This document shows positions 63,873-64,000 of a DNA stretch of 64,000 bases, one piece after another; position 1 is the first letter of the stretch, and the number at the start of each line of letters is the position of its first letter. The DNA comes from an uncultured Pseudomonadota bacterium (GTDB lineage: Bacteria > Myxococcota_A > Polyangia > Fen-1088): NCBI GenBank assembly GCA_963847705.1, contig CAWKBC010000032.1, positions 32,001 to 96,000 of the forward strand, in the 5' to 3' direction. The notes under the pieces were generated by a model. It was not told the origin of the DNA. It saw nothing but the letters and a program-made list of their open reading frames with translations, and did not search any database. A program made the translations under genes and the position numbers.

Positions 63873-64000
63873 CGTTTCACATCTTTAGGTGATCCAAGCT
63901 GTTTGACAAGGGCGTCTCCCGCCCGGAAACTCGCTCCGTGGCCGAAAAAGCACACTGCGGTGGGATTTTGGTCGTCGACGACGATCCGGATATTCGCGAC

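Overview
High-GC window that looks like a myxobacterial (Myxococcota, Polyangia-like) chromosome; the taxon is inferred from gene content, not proven. The first half is mostly core genes: hrpB, Xaa-Pro aminopeptidase, the yceD-rpmF-plsX-fabH-fabD-fabG-acpP-fabF cluster, alr-mlaE-mlaF-mlaD, a Crp/Fnr regulator, two HtrA proteases, a rhomboid, a YciI/ECF42-type sigma pair, an aldehyde dehydrogenase, an MFS transporter and an M1 aminopeptidase. The second half is rich in signalling and surface proteins: Hanks kinases, a hybrid histidine kinase, two divergent CotH-family lipoproteins, a vWA lipoprotein, a TPR protein paired with a Cys-rich lipoprotein and a 1862-aa lipoprotein with about 12 Cys-rich repeats, interleaved with treZ and mutS2. 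Three genes (mlaD, treZ, DUF1345) each carry one extra base, probably a sequencing error. I found no rRNA, tRNA, CRISPR array or transposase. The best candidates for undescribed biology are the surface set (shared Cys-rich module, CotH kinases, vWA, TPR), an M1 aminopeptidase fused to a TM helix and an AMIN-like domain, and a kinase-pseudocyclase-STAND ATPase that the ORF track missed. All family calls come from motif recognition by eye, not from database searches.
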